A stretch of DNA of 64,000 nt from Candidatus Micrarchaeota archaeon. GTDB lineage: Archaea > Micrarchaeota > Micrarchaeia > Norongarragalinales > Norongarragalinaceae. Of the stretch, positions 18,801 through 27,966 are shown in pieces. The stretch's first letter is position 1, and each line of letters begins with the position of its first letter. The stretch covers positions 128,001-192,000 of the forward strand of contig JACQQD010000005.1 in assembly GCA_016207165.1 (NCBI GenBank), in the 5' to 3' direction. The notes under the pieces were generated by a model. It was not told where the DNA came from. It did not search any database and saw only the letters and a list, made by a program, of their open reading frames with translations. The position numbers and the translations under genes are program-made.

Positions 18801-19278
18801 CGTCGAGAAAGAGGAAGGCGACAAGAAGATCTTGACGTTGGCCACGGAAGGCTCCAACCTCGAAAAAGTCTTTGAAGTGGAAGAAGTCGACACCGAGCAC
18901 ACCACCACCAACGACATCCAGGAAATCGCGAAAACCCTGGGCATTGAAGCCGGACGCAACGCCATCATCTTTGAAGTCAACAAAGTCTTGGAAGCCCAAG
19001 GCCTCGCCGTGGATGCCCGCCACATCATGCTGATTGCCGACGCCATGACGGCCGAAGGCGCCATTCAAAGTGTGGGCCGCCATGGCCTCGCCGGACACAA
19101 ATCCTCGGTCCTGGCGCGCGCCGCTTTCGAGGAAACCGGCAAGCACCTCGTCAACGCCTGTTTGTACGGCGAAGACGACGACTTGCACGGCATCATCGAA
19201 AACATCATCGCTGGCCAAATCATCCCCTGCGGCACCGGCAAAGTCCGACTCGTCATGGAAAGCGAGTACCTCAAGTAA
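15814..19278 (+). CDS. rpoA: RNA polymerase largest subunit, fused A'+A'' (Rpo1)
   Basis: NADFDGDEMN catalytic motif, then QSIGEPGTQMTLRTFH and SVLARAAFE (A'' motifs) in one 1154-aa ORF. Confidence 0.96.
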   Translation: MKMKVIGGLHFTLFSPEQIRSLSSIKITVPDTYDEDGYPISGGLADQRLGVIDPGLKCKTCGGRMRDCTGHFGHIELVRPVAHAGFAKAVYQFLKACCRKCGRLMHPANSLSKVKKASECPHCGEKQRPIKFVKPTAFFEEDRKLLPNEVRERLERIQDEDLAVLGVKVRPEWMVLTVLIVPPVTVRPSITLETGERSEDDLTHKLVDIIRINQRLEENVEAGAPQLIIEDLWELLQYHVSTYFDNEIAGIPPARHRSGRQLKTLFQRLKGKEGRFRYNLSGKRVNFSARTVVSPDPTLGINELGVPEEIARELTLPVSVTEWNAENLRQLIRVHPEKINYVIRPDGKRKKITVANLNEVLEELSAGYVVERQLMDGDLVIFNRQPSLHRVSMMCHSVKVLPGKTFRFNVADCRPYNADFDGDEMNVHVPQNEEAQSEAELLMKVEDQLLSPRNGDPIISPDLDQVTGLYILTQPELVFDRADASWLISVAGVDGEFSKSKVSGQEILSKLLPENLSAFFHAKRCKFRKVEGECENPSCVKITNGKIARGVVDAKISDDLVSLIAREHGGEAGRKYIDAVSKLTVHLATRYGLSLSLDDYYLPAEAKTQVIDLYKEARKQVRVLLQQYRSNRLKRLPGKTLKETLEEQVMELVEKVRHDCWKIVRKHIKSSTVQAPLSQFQHNPAILMAQAGVKNKPINVVQMSALVGQQAVRGKRMTSGFRRRILPHFRRGDLNDDARGFVRSSYKQGLSPTEYFFHAAGGRDSVVDKGVNPAKTGYMQRRLINALQDLIVQKDLSVRDSSHRVVQFTYGDDALDPMDRKTISYGEPVGVVAAQSIGEPGTQMTLRTFHYAGVASLAQLGFTRMVELVDARKTPKKPVMEIYLKSPYNKDWEKAKDVAASIEEVTLDKVASIEENFTRKAVTITLNRSLLREKNIREPDVLSKVKEIAGEYEPDKDGNEIYIKPKNDSLKNIRKMTTKLRDVHLKGIPGIKRVIIVEKEEGDKKILTLATEGSNLEKVFEVEEVDTEHTTTNDIQEIAKTLGIEAGRNAIIFEVNKVLEAQGLAVDARHIMLIADAMTAEGAIQSVGRHGLAGHKSSVLARAAFEETGKHLVNACLYGEDDDLHGIIENIIAGQIIPCGTGKVRLVMESEYLK

Positions 19279-19310
19279 ACCCCCCGCCTTTCCAACTTTT
19301 TTTTGTACGC

Positions 19311-20351
19311 TTACTTGGAAATTGTTCCCAGCAATTTGACGACTTGCGGCTCGTACCAACCCGTTTCCGTGTTGTATCGCAAGTACACGATGTTCTCCGA
19401 CAACTCCGGGTCTATCAGATCCCCCAATGAACGGTGGTAGGATTCCAACGTCTGCCGGCGAAGCGTGGGTTCCTGCAAGTGCTCGACCAATCCGGCGTGG
19501 TAGGGAGCGAAGTAAATGCTGCCGTTCACGCGTCGCCCGGCCTCCGCGAACTGCTTCATGAGCGCCCGCGTCTTCTCCGCCACCACGGCATTGCGCAAAT
19601 CAATGGCGGCCCCCACCGACGAAAAATCGGAAAGCAGGCGGCGCTCCACCTCTCTTACCCCCGAAATCTCGCCGTCTACCGTCAAATGATCCGCCATGGC
19701 ACTACGCACAACGCCCTCGTGCTTGAAAAACGACCCAAGAGTCGTACCCGCGGCCAACAATGTACTGGACGCCAACAGCGTTTTCAGGAAACGCCTCCGC
19801 CCCGGCGAAAAACCCTTGCCTGAACCGACGTCTTTCCTTGAAATCTTCAGCCACGGCAAAACCGACAAAAAGGCGCTGGACGCCTGCACCCAAACCCCCC
19901 GCTTCCGTCCCCGCGCTTCACGCTGGTCTTGCTCCAACTTCATGGCGGGCCGCTTCACCACGTCAACGAACACCAAATCCGGCGTGTGAACGGCCACCTC
20001 TTTTTGGAACCGCGTCAAATGCCCCCGTCGATCCTCTCGATGTTCCCAAAGCATGTGGTTGATGTTTACCGCCAACATCGGCCCAAAGCGTTCCCGGAAA
20101 AACTTTTCCCTCACTTCGGCAGCGGCACTTCGGATTTCGGCAGGCAACGCCAAACTTAACTCCAGCAACACCACGTTTTGGCCTTCCAGTGACGCATGCG
20201 GATTCGGAAAACCAATCACGCTCCCGCTGGGAAACCCGTTTACATCCAGCGGCCGCGTATCCTTGAACCGCTCGGCTTCCTCCAGACTATGGTGGCGCAC
20301 CAACGCCACCCGCATGACGCCTTCCGGAAACCCAAGCGTTTTGATCCCCAT
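19311..20351 (-). CDS. Hypothetical protein with internal twin-arginine-like motif
   Basis: 346-aa ORF; internal SPGRRRFLKTLLASSTLLAAG. Confidence 0.65.
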   Translation of the reverse strand: MGIKTLGFPEGVMRVALVRHHSLEEAERFKDTRPLDVNGFPSGSVIGFPNPHASLEGQNVVLLELSLALPAEIRSAAAEVREKFFRERFGPMLAVNINHMLWEHREDRRGHLTRFQKEVAVHTPDLVFVDVVKRPAMKLEQDQREARGRKRGVWVQASSAFLSVLPWLKISRKDVGSGKGFSPGRRRFLKTLLASSTLLAAGTTLGSFFKHEGVVRSAMADHLTVDGEISGVREVERRLLSDFSSVGAAIDLRNAVVAEKTRALMKQFAEAGRRVNGSIYFAPYHAGLVEHLQEPTLRRQTLESYHRSLGDLIDPELSENIVYLRYNTETGWYEPQVVKLLGTISK

Positions 20352-20495
20352 TTACGTAACCCTCTTTTCAAAGCCCAGCGACTCGGCTTTGCCCCCGATT
20401 CATGTCCAACGCCCGACGTTTGTGTGAGTATTTAACCCATTAAATCCATTGCTTTAATCGGTCCAATCCATGATTCCAATGCGAGATGCGGTTTT

Positions 20496-22733
20496 GTGAA
20501 CATCAAACTCCTATTCATCTTATTCGTCCCGCTTTTGTTGATGGGCTGCACCACCATCCAACCGCCTCCAACCCCAAGTCCCGTTGTGTCGATTCCCCCT
20601 ATCGTTTCCCCCAGTCCAAGCCCGGCTCCCACGTGCCCGCCCATCGCCATGCCGGACTGCATCAACGGTTTCCTGACGTACCCCAACGGCGAAACCGACC
20701 AAAACAATTGCCCCGTCTCTCCGGTCTGCGCGGCCTGCCCCGTCATCGCCGTTCCCGACTGCATCAACGCGGAACTGACGTACCCCAACGGCGAGCGCGA
20801 CGTGAACGGCTGCCAACTTGCTCCCGTCTGCACGTCCTACCCGACTCCAACCACCGACCGCCTGGATTTTTCCACAGGCAAGCAAGCGTTCAACATCCAG
20901 CAAGACGACGCCGTCCAACCTGACGTATCCTTGTCTTTCGTCCGCATCCAATCTTCTCTGACGCGCCCGGACCAAAAGCCGTTCGTCGTGGACGAAGCCA
21001 ACGACCTCCGCGTGGACACGCTGTACTACGTCACGGACTCCCGAAAAACGGGAGGCATCGCGCAAGGAACCATTCTCTATCAGGACCCAGGAAGTTCGTT
21101 TTACAACGTGTTCGTCCATCCCGACGCCCAAGTACAATCCAGTCGCCGCGTCACGAAAAACCACGTCCGCTACCGTTTTGCCGACGCACCCCAAGACGTG
21201 CTCTGGGACTTCAACGCCAACGCCATCGAATCCAACCAACCCGCCGACTTACAGGACTTCGTCATCGTTCTTCCCGATGCGACGTTTGCCGCTTCGCCGG
21301 ACGGATTCTTTGAAATCGACGTGGGCAACGGTGACTCCGACCAGCCACGCTTCAACGCCGCTTCGGGCCCAGGCGGCATTGCATACCGCGGCGTCTTGCG
21401 CCAGCCTGGATTCGTCTCGCCCCGCGATAGCCAAATCGCCTTGTACGACTTGTATCACGTTCAAATCGACTACGCGGTGGATGAACGTCTTCAAGGCGTT
21501 TTCCTGAAAGAAGGCCAGCAACTCGCCGTCCTCCAATCCAACATCCAACCCGTCCACGCGGTACTGACGGAACTGGAAGCCGACGGCACCGCGCATTTTG
21601 ACCTGCGTGAAGGCCCGGTTCAAGGCTCAACTCTGTTTGCTCAAACCACGATTGAGCCGGATAACAAGTACATCGACGTAACCAAGAACGTACAATTAGA
21701 CTACCTCCGCTTTGAACCCGATTTTGAAGGCGGGCCCTACGCCAAAGCCTCGTTCAACGTGCACGACACCAACGTGGTTCCCTCCCCCACGCCGTCGCCC
21801 ACTCCTTCGCCTTTCCCCGCGTCCGTGACGAAAGCCAAGTTCTTCGTTTTCGACCGCGCGCAAACCTGCTTGGTCGGCGACGCATGCACCAGCGGCAACT
21901 GCTGCACGTTCGGCAGCCTCCGCGTCGAAAACAACGCCAACCTGCGCCTGGCCACGCCCACGCAAGCCGCGTCGCTTTCCACCGCCGTCAAACAATGCGG
22001 GTCGTCAGAAATTGACGCCGCGGAATTTTCGCGAATCCAAAACCAGGTCCAGAATTTCTCGAACTTCGTCCGCACGCAAACCCACGGCGCGCTCAACGTG
22101 GAAACGGAGATCATTCACCTTGACTCGGAGCTTGAATTGACGAAAGTCATGGAGTGCCGCTACTATCCAGGCCCCTGGAACGTGCGCAACCTTCTTTCGC
22201 CGCACGTGAAACCCGACACGGACTTTGAATTCGTCATTTACGACGAAGACTATTCATTCGGCCAAGTCCAAGCCGGGTCCGCCTGGACGTTGGCCCTGGA
22301 TTCTCTGGGCCCGGACTCCATCGGCGGCGCCGGTTATTCCTCCATCACCAAGAACATGGATTTCGGCTCCGAACCGCTGGTCAACTTCATCACCAACGAG
22401 TGGGGCTGGCAGTTCATGGCCGCCCTGAAAACCAAAGTCACGGACCCGAAAACCACGCGCATTTACGCGGCCGAAGACCGGTTGCCGGCCTGCGGCCAAC
22501 CCGAAGCCGATTACCTGCCCACCATAGAATCCTGCGGGTTTGACCCCGATTATCCGGCGTGCAGTCAATCCGTTTGCCCGGACACGCAAGCCTACCGCGG
22601 CCACGTACTATCGGAACACTACAACCCGGCGTGGAAGTTCATTGGCAACCACTGCCGCGACGGCAAAAAGGATTTCGGCGAACAAGGAATCGACTGCGGC
22701 GGCCAATGCCCGGCATGCATTATCGTTGACTGA
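20496..22733 (+). CDS. Secreted lipoprotein/surface protein with Cys-rich repeats
   Basis: Signal peptide ending LLMGC, PT linkers, two 34-aa Cys repeats, C-terminal CRDGKKDFGEQGIDCGGQCPAC. Confidence 0.75.
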   Translation: MNIKLLFILFVPLLLMGCTTIQPPPTPSPVVSIPPIVSPSPSPAPTCPPIAMPDCINGFLTYPNGETDQNNCPVSPVCAACPVIAVPDCINAELTYPNGERDVNGCQLAPVCTSYPTPTTDRLDFSTGKQAFNIQQDDAVQPDVSLSFVRIQSSLTRPDQKPFVVDEANDLRVDTLYYVTDSRKTGGIAQGTILYQDPGSSFYNVFVHPDAQVQSSRRVTKNHVRYRFADAPQDVLWDFNANAIESNQPADLQDFVIVLPDATFAASPDGFFEIDVGNGDSDQPRFNAASGPGGIAYRGVLRQPGFVSPRDSQIALYDLYHVQIDYAVDERLQGVFLKEGQQLAVLQSNIQPVHAVLTELEADGTAHFDLREGPVQGSTLFAQTTIEPDNKYIDVTKNVQLDYLRFEPDFEGGPYAKASFNVHDTNVVPSPTPSPTPSPFPASVTKAKFFVFDRAQTCLVGDACTSGNCCTFGSLRVENNANLRLATPTQAASLSTAVKQCGSSEIDAAEFSRIQNQVQNFSNFVRTQTHGALNVETEIIHLDSELELTKVMECRYYPGPWNVRNLLSPHVKPDTDFEFVIYDEDYSFGQVQAGSAWTLALDSLGPDSIGGAGYSSITKNMDFGSEPLVNFITNEWGWQFMAALKTKVTDPKTTRIYAAEDRLPACGQPEADYLPTIESCGFDPDYPACSQSVCPDTQAYRGHVLSEHYNPAWKFIGNHCRDGKKDFGEQGIDCGGQCPACIIVD
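20634..20831 (+). repeat. Tandem 102-bp coding repeat (2 copies)
   Basis: CPPIAMPDCINGFLTYPNGETDQNNCPVSPVC vs CPVIAVPDCINAELTYPNGERDVNGCQLAPVC. Confidence 0.85.
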
Positions 22734-22735
22734 TT

Positions 22736-24439
22736 TTAACGCACGACCGGTTTGGCTTTCCCAAGCACCAAGGCGGCGACGAAGAACAGCAAAATGCTTT
22801 CCAGCCACAGCATGGATGCCGAGAGTTCCACGAACCCGCCGCCGGAAAGAAGTGAACTTACGTTGGGAAGCACGCCGTACAAGGACACGTACTTCATGGC
22901 GTTGATGCCGAACGTGATGGGCAATAGAGACGTGGTTTGCTGGAGCACGGACGGCATCAACTCGTAGGGAATCACCAATCCGGAGACGAACGTCAGCGGA
23001 ATGACGAGGGCCACGACGGTCAGAATCGCGGAATTTTCCGACCGCGTCAACGAGCCAATCACGAGTCCCACGGCGACGAACGCCGAAGCCAACAACAACG
23101 CAAACGCGAACACCAGCGCCAGGTTCTGGAACTTGACGCCGAATGCGAAGAACGCCACGGACAAGACCACGCCCGTCTGCACGGCTACAACCAGAAGCGT
23201 GGCCAACAACTTTCCAAACGCTTGCGAGAATCCGCCGATGGGGGTGAGCGCCACGCGCACAAACGCGCCGGAATTGCGTTCGCGCACGAAGTTGAGCGCC
23301 GACAAAAGCATGCTGGTCAAGATGACGATGAGCGCCAGAATGCCGTAAATGACGAAATCCAGTTGACGGTACTGAGCGTAGTCAAACACGTTCACGGTGT
23401 TCAGGCGGATGGGGTTGACGACGTCGGAGGCGTCCTTGGAAGAGAAAAACTGGGCTTCGCGGCGCGCCTCCTGGATCTGCGTTTGCGCGTCATCCAACTT
23501 CACGATGACGCCGTCAATGTCGGAGACGACTTGGTCCACGGTGTTCAACGCATTCTGCTTGAAGGAGGAATACGCGCCCAATTCCTGGGTGGTGGCGGTC
23601 AACTGGTTTTTGGCCTGGGCCATCTGGGGTTTGAGGCCAAGCACGGAATTGCGCATTTGCTGCGTCAAGGCGATGCCTTGCTGGGCTTCCGTTGACGACC
23701 CGTTGGCTGAAAGTGCTTGGAATAATTGTTGCGCTGTCAACGCGGAGGCGGCCACGCCATCCAATGCTACTTCGGCGCTGGTCAACGCATTGGACGCGTC
23801 TTGAAGCGAGCCCACGTCCGGCAGTTGGTTTAGTTCCGCGCGGACTTCCGCCATGGTCTGGCGCGAGTCCGCCATGGAATTCCGCACGGGCCCCAACTCT
23901 TTTTCAATGGCTTCCAACTTTTTGTCCGCGTCCCTAATCTTCTCCAAGACGCGGCCCACGAACTGCGACGCGGCCAACGTGGAGGCCTCGCTGGTCACCG
24001 CCTGCACGTACTGGCTTTGGAAGCCGACGAGTCCCGCGTTGGAGTTGTCCAAAAAGAATTCCAGGGACTGGCTTTGGCCTTGCGCGATTTTCTCCGTGAA
24101 GTCAAGCGGGAACACCATGCCCATGCCGAACGACCCGCGCCGGATGTTGGACTGCAAAAAGTTTCTGCAATCCGATGGGTTGGGGTACGCCGGCGCGTAG
24201 TCCACCACGTTAAGCAGGGTGTACGAGGAGAGCGCCTGGGCGTAGGCTTTGCCCACCACGCCTTGGTCGTGGTTGCATACCGCTACGGGAAGGGAGCGGT
24301 TGGCCGCATCGCCTCCCCCGAATAAAACCCCCAAGAACAAGATGATGAAAAGCGGCGAAACCAGCAACAACGCCGTCGTGCTTTTCCTTCGGTAAAACAG
24401 CGTCAACTCCTTTTTCATGACGTGCCAAAAGTTAACCAT
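22736..24439 (-). CDS. ABC-2 type permease with long extracellular coiled coil (YhgE/Pip-like)
   Basis: N-terminal TM, helical ectodomain, RERNSG, multi-TM C-terminus. Confidence 0.85.
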   Translation of the reverse strand: MVNFWHVMKKELTLFYRRKSTTALLLVSPLFIILFLGVLFGGGDAANRSLPVAVCNHDQGVVGKAYAQALSSYTLLNVVDYAPAYPNPSDCRNFLQSNIRRGSFGMGMVFPLDFTEKIAQGQSQSLEFFLDNSNAGLVGFQSQYVQAVTSEASTLAASQFVGRVLEKIRDADKKLEAIEKELGPVRNSMADSRQTMAEVRAELNQLPDVGSLQDASNALTSAEVALDGVAASALTAQQLFQALSANGSSTEAQQGIALTQQMRNSVLGLKPQMAQAKNQLTATTQELGAYSSFKQNALNTVDQVVSDIDGVIVKLDDAQTQIQEARREAQFFSSKDASDVVNPIRLNTVNVFDYAQYRQLDFVIYGILALIVILTSMLLSALNFVRERNSGAFVRVALTPIGGFSQAFGKLLATLLVVAVQTGVVLSVAFFAFGVKFQNLALVFAFALLLASAFVAVGLVIGSLTRSENSAILTVVALVIPLTFVSGLVIPYELMPSVLQQTTSLLPITFGINAMKYVSLYGVLPNVSSLLSGGGFVELSASMLWLESILLFFVAALVLGKAKPVVR

Positions 24440-25391
24440 TTTTCTTCTCCTTCATCTGCTCCTGGGTTTTCTGCGTCACCAAAAAGAAGACGTCGTTAAA
24501 CGACGGCTCCTGCACGTCCAAGAACTCGACGCTTTCCTTGGTGGTCTTCAAGAACGCGTACACGGCGGCAATGACTTTTCTCGGCTCTTTCGCCGAAATC
24601 AGGAGCCCCTTTGGGTCCTGCACCACCGAGGAAACCAGTTGGCTTTGCTTTAACCGAGTGGCCAGGGTTTTCAACACCAACGGGTCGCCCGGCTTGGTGG
24701 TCACGCGAATCAACTCATCCGGCACGAATTGTTGGCGGAGCGCTTGGACGGATCCCAAGGCCTTGACTTGGCCCTCGTGCAAAATCGCCACGCGGTCGCA
24801 CAAACTCTCGGCCTCGAACATGTAATGCGTGGTGAACACCACCGTCGTTTTCGTCCGCTGTAACGCCTTGATCAAGTCCCAAATGCTTTGGCGGGTGGTG
24901 GGGTCCAAGCCCACCGTCGGCTCGTCGACCAACAAAATCGGCGGTTGCGCCAAAAGCGCGAGCCACAAATTCAACCGCCTTTTTTGGCCTCCGGACAATT
25001 GTTTGGCGTAATGGTTTTCAAATCCGGTCAACCCCACGGCTTTTCCGATGATTTCGTCCTGGTCCGCGATGTCAGCTCCGCTAAGTCCCATGAGCTTGCC
25101 GAAGTAGTCCACGTTCTCGCGCACGGTCAACTCCTCGTAAAACGAGTCGTACTGCGTGGCAAACCCGATGTCAAGCCTCCCGCGGTTCGGCGGCTTTCCC
25201 AGGATGGACAATTCCCCGGATTGCATGGAGCGAAGCCCCGTACACAAGTTCAAGAACGTGGACTTGCCGCAACCCGACGGCCCAAGCAGTCCCAGAATCT
25301 CGTTTTGCTCGACGTCCAAGGAAAAATCGCGGAGAACGCTTTGGTCCCGGAAGGAAAAACCGATTTGGTTCGCGGAAATCACGGGGGCCAT
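24432..25391 (-). CDS. ABC transporter ATP-binding protein
   Basis: GPSGCGKST, LSGGQ, VDEPTVGLD, TTH. Confidence 0.93.
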   Translation of the reverse strand: MAPVISANQIGFSFRDQSVLRDFSLDVEQNEILGLLGPSGCGKSTFLNLCTGLRSMQSGELSILGKPPNRGRLDIGFATQYDSFYEELTVRENVDYFGKLMGLSGADIADQDEIIGKAVGLTGFENHYAKQLSGGQKRRLNLWLALLAQPPILLVDEPTVGLDPTTRQSIWDLIKALQRTKTTVVFTTHYMFEAESLCDRVAILHEGQVKALGSVQALRQQFVPDELIRVTTKPGDPLVLKTLATRLKQSQLVSSVVQDPKGLLISAKEPRKVIAAVYAFLKTTKESVEFLDVQEPSFNDVFFLVTQKTQEQMKEKKNG

Positions 25392-25450
25392 GGCGCGTCC
25401 ACCATTAGGAGGCGCGCCAATAAAAACCGGTTTTTTCAAACAAACCCATC

Positions 25451-26359
25451 ATGCGTCACGCCTTACTGTTCATTCTGGCCATTCTGGCCGTTTCGCTGTT
25501 CTTTTCCGGGTGCCTGGAAAACGTGCTCCGCCCCGAACCCCTCGACACTCCAAAGACCGCGTCCGCCCCCAATTCACTCGCGGCAAGCCCCTTGCATTCC
25601 CCAACGCCTGTACCCAGTCCCACTTCAACGCCCGCCGTGCCTTCGGCAACAACGCCCGCCATTTTAGAGCCCTTTACGCCTTCTCCAACCGCCGCACCTC
25701 CTATCCGAGTCACAACGCCTCTGGCGATCTCCCCGTCGCCTCCCGCATCACTTGGCGCGTCTGCGACTCCCGCGGCCCTCCGCTTGGCGTTGCCGGTTTC
25801 CGAAGTCGTGTTGAAGTCCGGCGACCGCGTGGAACTTGACCACGGCGTGACCGTCGAACTGGTGTTGATCAACGTCTTGACCGTTGACGGCGTGACCCAG
25901 CGCTCCGTTTCCCTCTTGGAATACCCCACCGGTTCTCGCCCCCAAAGCCCCACGTCCGTTCACTTGCTTTCCGGCCAAACCCAAGACTTTTCCAGCACCC
26001 GTGTTGGAGTGCTTCGCATCAGCGACCAAAATGCGGCGTTGTCCATGTACGCCAAGCCAACGTTGACCCCTTCAGCCAGCCCGGTTCCCACGCCCCTATT
26101 CTTGGAAGCCATGGCCGCAGGCCAAACCGTGACGGCCCCCAACGGCTACGAAGTCACCTTGTCCTCCATTTACTTGAACCAAACCAACTCTACGGCTACT
26201 TTCCTGATTCATGATCAAGGAGGCCGGCTCCTGGATTCGGCGGTCCTTTTCGAACACGGCTCCTACCAAAAAAACGACCTTAAAATCGATTTGGCGTTGA
26301 TACTCAGCGGCTTGGGTCCCACGAACTTCGCGCAAGTCACCCTGACGAAAATCCCGTGA
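25451..26359 (+). CDS. Putative lipoprotein with Pro/Ser/Thr-rich linker
   Basis: Signal peptide ending FSGC, PT-rich region, two small beta-rich domains. Confidence 0.7.
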   Translation: MRHALLFILAILAVSLFFSGCLENVLRPEPLDTPKTASAPNSLAASPLHSPTPVPSPTSTPAVPSATTPAILEPFTPSPTAAPPIRVTTPLAISPSPPASLGASATPAALRLALPVSEVVLKSGDRVELDHGVTVELVLINVLTVDGVTQRSVSLLEYPTGSRPQSPTSVHLLSGQTQDFSSTRVGVLRISDQNAALSMYAKPTLTPSASPVPTPLFLEAMAAGQTVTAPNGYEVTLSSIYLNQTNSTATFLIHDQGGRLLDSAVLFEHGSYQKNDLKIDLALILSGLGPTNFAQVTLTKIP

Positions 26360-26418
26360 TGCGTTTCGCACTCGTGGACCAGGAACCCTTTTTATCCGCC
26401 TTTCCCCTTTGAATTTCC

Positions 26419-26988
26419 ATGCGCATCAACCCCTGGCACACGTTCTTCACTCTCTTGTTTTTCGCGCTTCTGTACTCGTTTGCCAACGCCCCCGAAGAAC
26501 TCGCCGTCCTTTTGGTGGTGGCCTACCTCTTGGCAAGACTGACGTTTTTTCCCATCAAGCGCTTTTTCTTCAGGAAAGCCGTGGCCTTTGACATGGGAGG
26601 GGTGGTGACGAAAGGCGACTTTTACACCGAGGAACTTGTGGAAATGGAGGGAACCCGCGACTTGGTCGAGCGCCTCAAAGTCGGCCACAAAGTGGCCTTG
26701 TTGACGAACAACAACGCCCTGGCTTTCGGGGCTTTTGACCGAAAATTCGGGTTGAGCCAGTTGTTTGACGTGGTCATCGTCTCCGGAAAAGAAGGCGCCA
26801 AGAAACCCGACGAAGCTTTGTTCAAGATCGCGTTGAGAAAACTCCACGTGCGCTCCCACGACTTGTACTTCTTGGATGACGCGCCGGCCAACGTGGAAGC
26901 CGCGAAAAAGCTGGGCATCCACGGCATCGTGTTTAAAGACGCCACACAAGCGGAAGCCGAACTCAAAAAGGCGGGCCTGAGGTTCTGA
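26419..26988 (+). CDS. HAD-superfamily hydrolase with N-terminal membrane anchor
   Basis: Two hydrophobic helices, then AFDMGGV, LTN, KPD, LDD...NV motifs. Confidence 0.82.
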   Translation: MRINPWHTFFTLLFFALLYSFANAPEELAVLLVVAYLLARLTFFPIKRFFFRKAVAFDMGGVVTKGDFYTEELVEMEGTRDLVERLKVGHKVALLTNNNALAFGAFDRKFGLSQLFDVVIVSGKEGAKKPDEALFKIALRKLHVRSHDLYFLDDAPANVEAAKKLGIHGIVFKDATQAEAELKKAGLRF

Positions 26989-26991
26989 CGT

Positions 26992-27123
26992 ATGAACAAA
27001 AAAATCGAAATTCACTTGGTCCGATTGAAAATTCTCCAGGAGCAAACCGAAATGTTCCAAAAAGGCCAACGGTATCTTTCCGAGGAAGAGGCACTGGCTT
27101 GCTACCGCGAGGCCAAGCTTTAA
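26992..27123 (+). CDS. Small 43-aa ORF, antitoxin-like C-terminus
   Basis: MNKKIEIHLVRLKILQEQTEMFQKGQRYLSEEEALACYREAKL; below the ORF-track length cutoff. Confidence 0.4.
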   Translation: MNKKIEIHLVRLKILQEQTEMFQKGQRYLSEEEALACYREAKL

Positions 27124-27236
27124 AAACCGTTTTTGCCATTCAAGTTAACGCTTCTTTTGCATTCCGATGCAAACCGATGGGGAGAAGGATCCGGTTCAAC
27201 GCTGGATAGAGAACCATCATTCACGTGATTTCAATT

Positions 27237-27542
27237 ATGGACATCGATCGATCCATTCGCTTGGCCGTGGACTCCGGAAAGGTTACCCTCGGCAGCCAAA
27301 AAAGCATCAAGCATGCGCTCAACGGCGACGCGAAGCTGTTGGTGTTGGCGGAAAACTGCCCGGAAACGGTAGCGGACGACGTCAAAGAGTACTGCAAGCT
27401 GTCGGAAATCCGCGTGGTGCGGTTTCCCGGCACCAGCGTCAAATTGGGCACGGTGTGCGGCAAACCGTTCCCCGTGAGCGTGTTGAGCGTGATTGAGGAA
27501 GGGGATTCCGACATTTTGAACGTGGAATCTCCAGAGGGTTAA
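27237..27542 (+). CDS. rpl30e: 50S ribosomal protein L30e
   Basis: AVDSGKVTLG, LAENCP, LGTVCGKPF, GDSDI. Confidence 0.95.
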   Translation: MDIDRSIRLAVDSGKVTLGSQKSIKHALNGDAKLLVLAENCPETVADDVKEYCKLSEIRVVRFPGTSVKLGTVCGKPFPVSVLSVIEEGDSDILNVESPEG

Positions 27543-27546
27543 CGCA

Positions 27547-27960
27547 ATGCGCACGCTTTCGACAGCCGACTTCCAGTTGCTGAACCTGTTGGAGGACAAG
27601 ACCGGTGTGAGGGCTTTGGACGTGTTCCAAGCCGAATCCGCTTTGGTTTTCGTCGTTCCGTCCGGCAGCGCCGGAAAAGTGTTGGGCAAGCAGGGGTCCA
27701 ACCGGCTTCGCTTGGAGCGCTTCGTGGGAAAATCCGTGGACGTGGTGGAACAGTCCGAAACCCTGGAGGGGTTTGCGAGAAACTGCTTCCGCCCCGCGGA
27801 AATTCGGCAAGTGGATGTGAAGGAACAAGGAAAAAAAGTCATCGTGAAAGTGGACGCTTCGCAGCGGGGGTTGGCCATTGGCCGAAGCGGTGAGCGCATC
27901 AAGCGCGCCCGCCTGCTGTTGAAGCGGTACTTTGACGTCGACGACGTAAAACTGGTGTGA
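27547..27960 (+). CDS. nusA: Archaeal NusA (two KH domains)
   Basis: LGKQGSN and AIGRSGERIKRA; conserved position between L30e and S12. Confidence 0.9.
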   Translation: MRTLSTADFQLLNLLEDKTGVRALDVFQAESALVFVVPSGSAGKVLGKQGSNRLRLERFVGKSVDVVEQSETLEGFARNCFRPAEIRQVDVKEQGKKVIVKVDASQRGLAIGRSGERIKRARLLLKRYFDVDDVKLV

Positions 27961-27966
27961 ACATAT

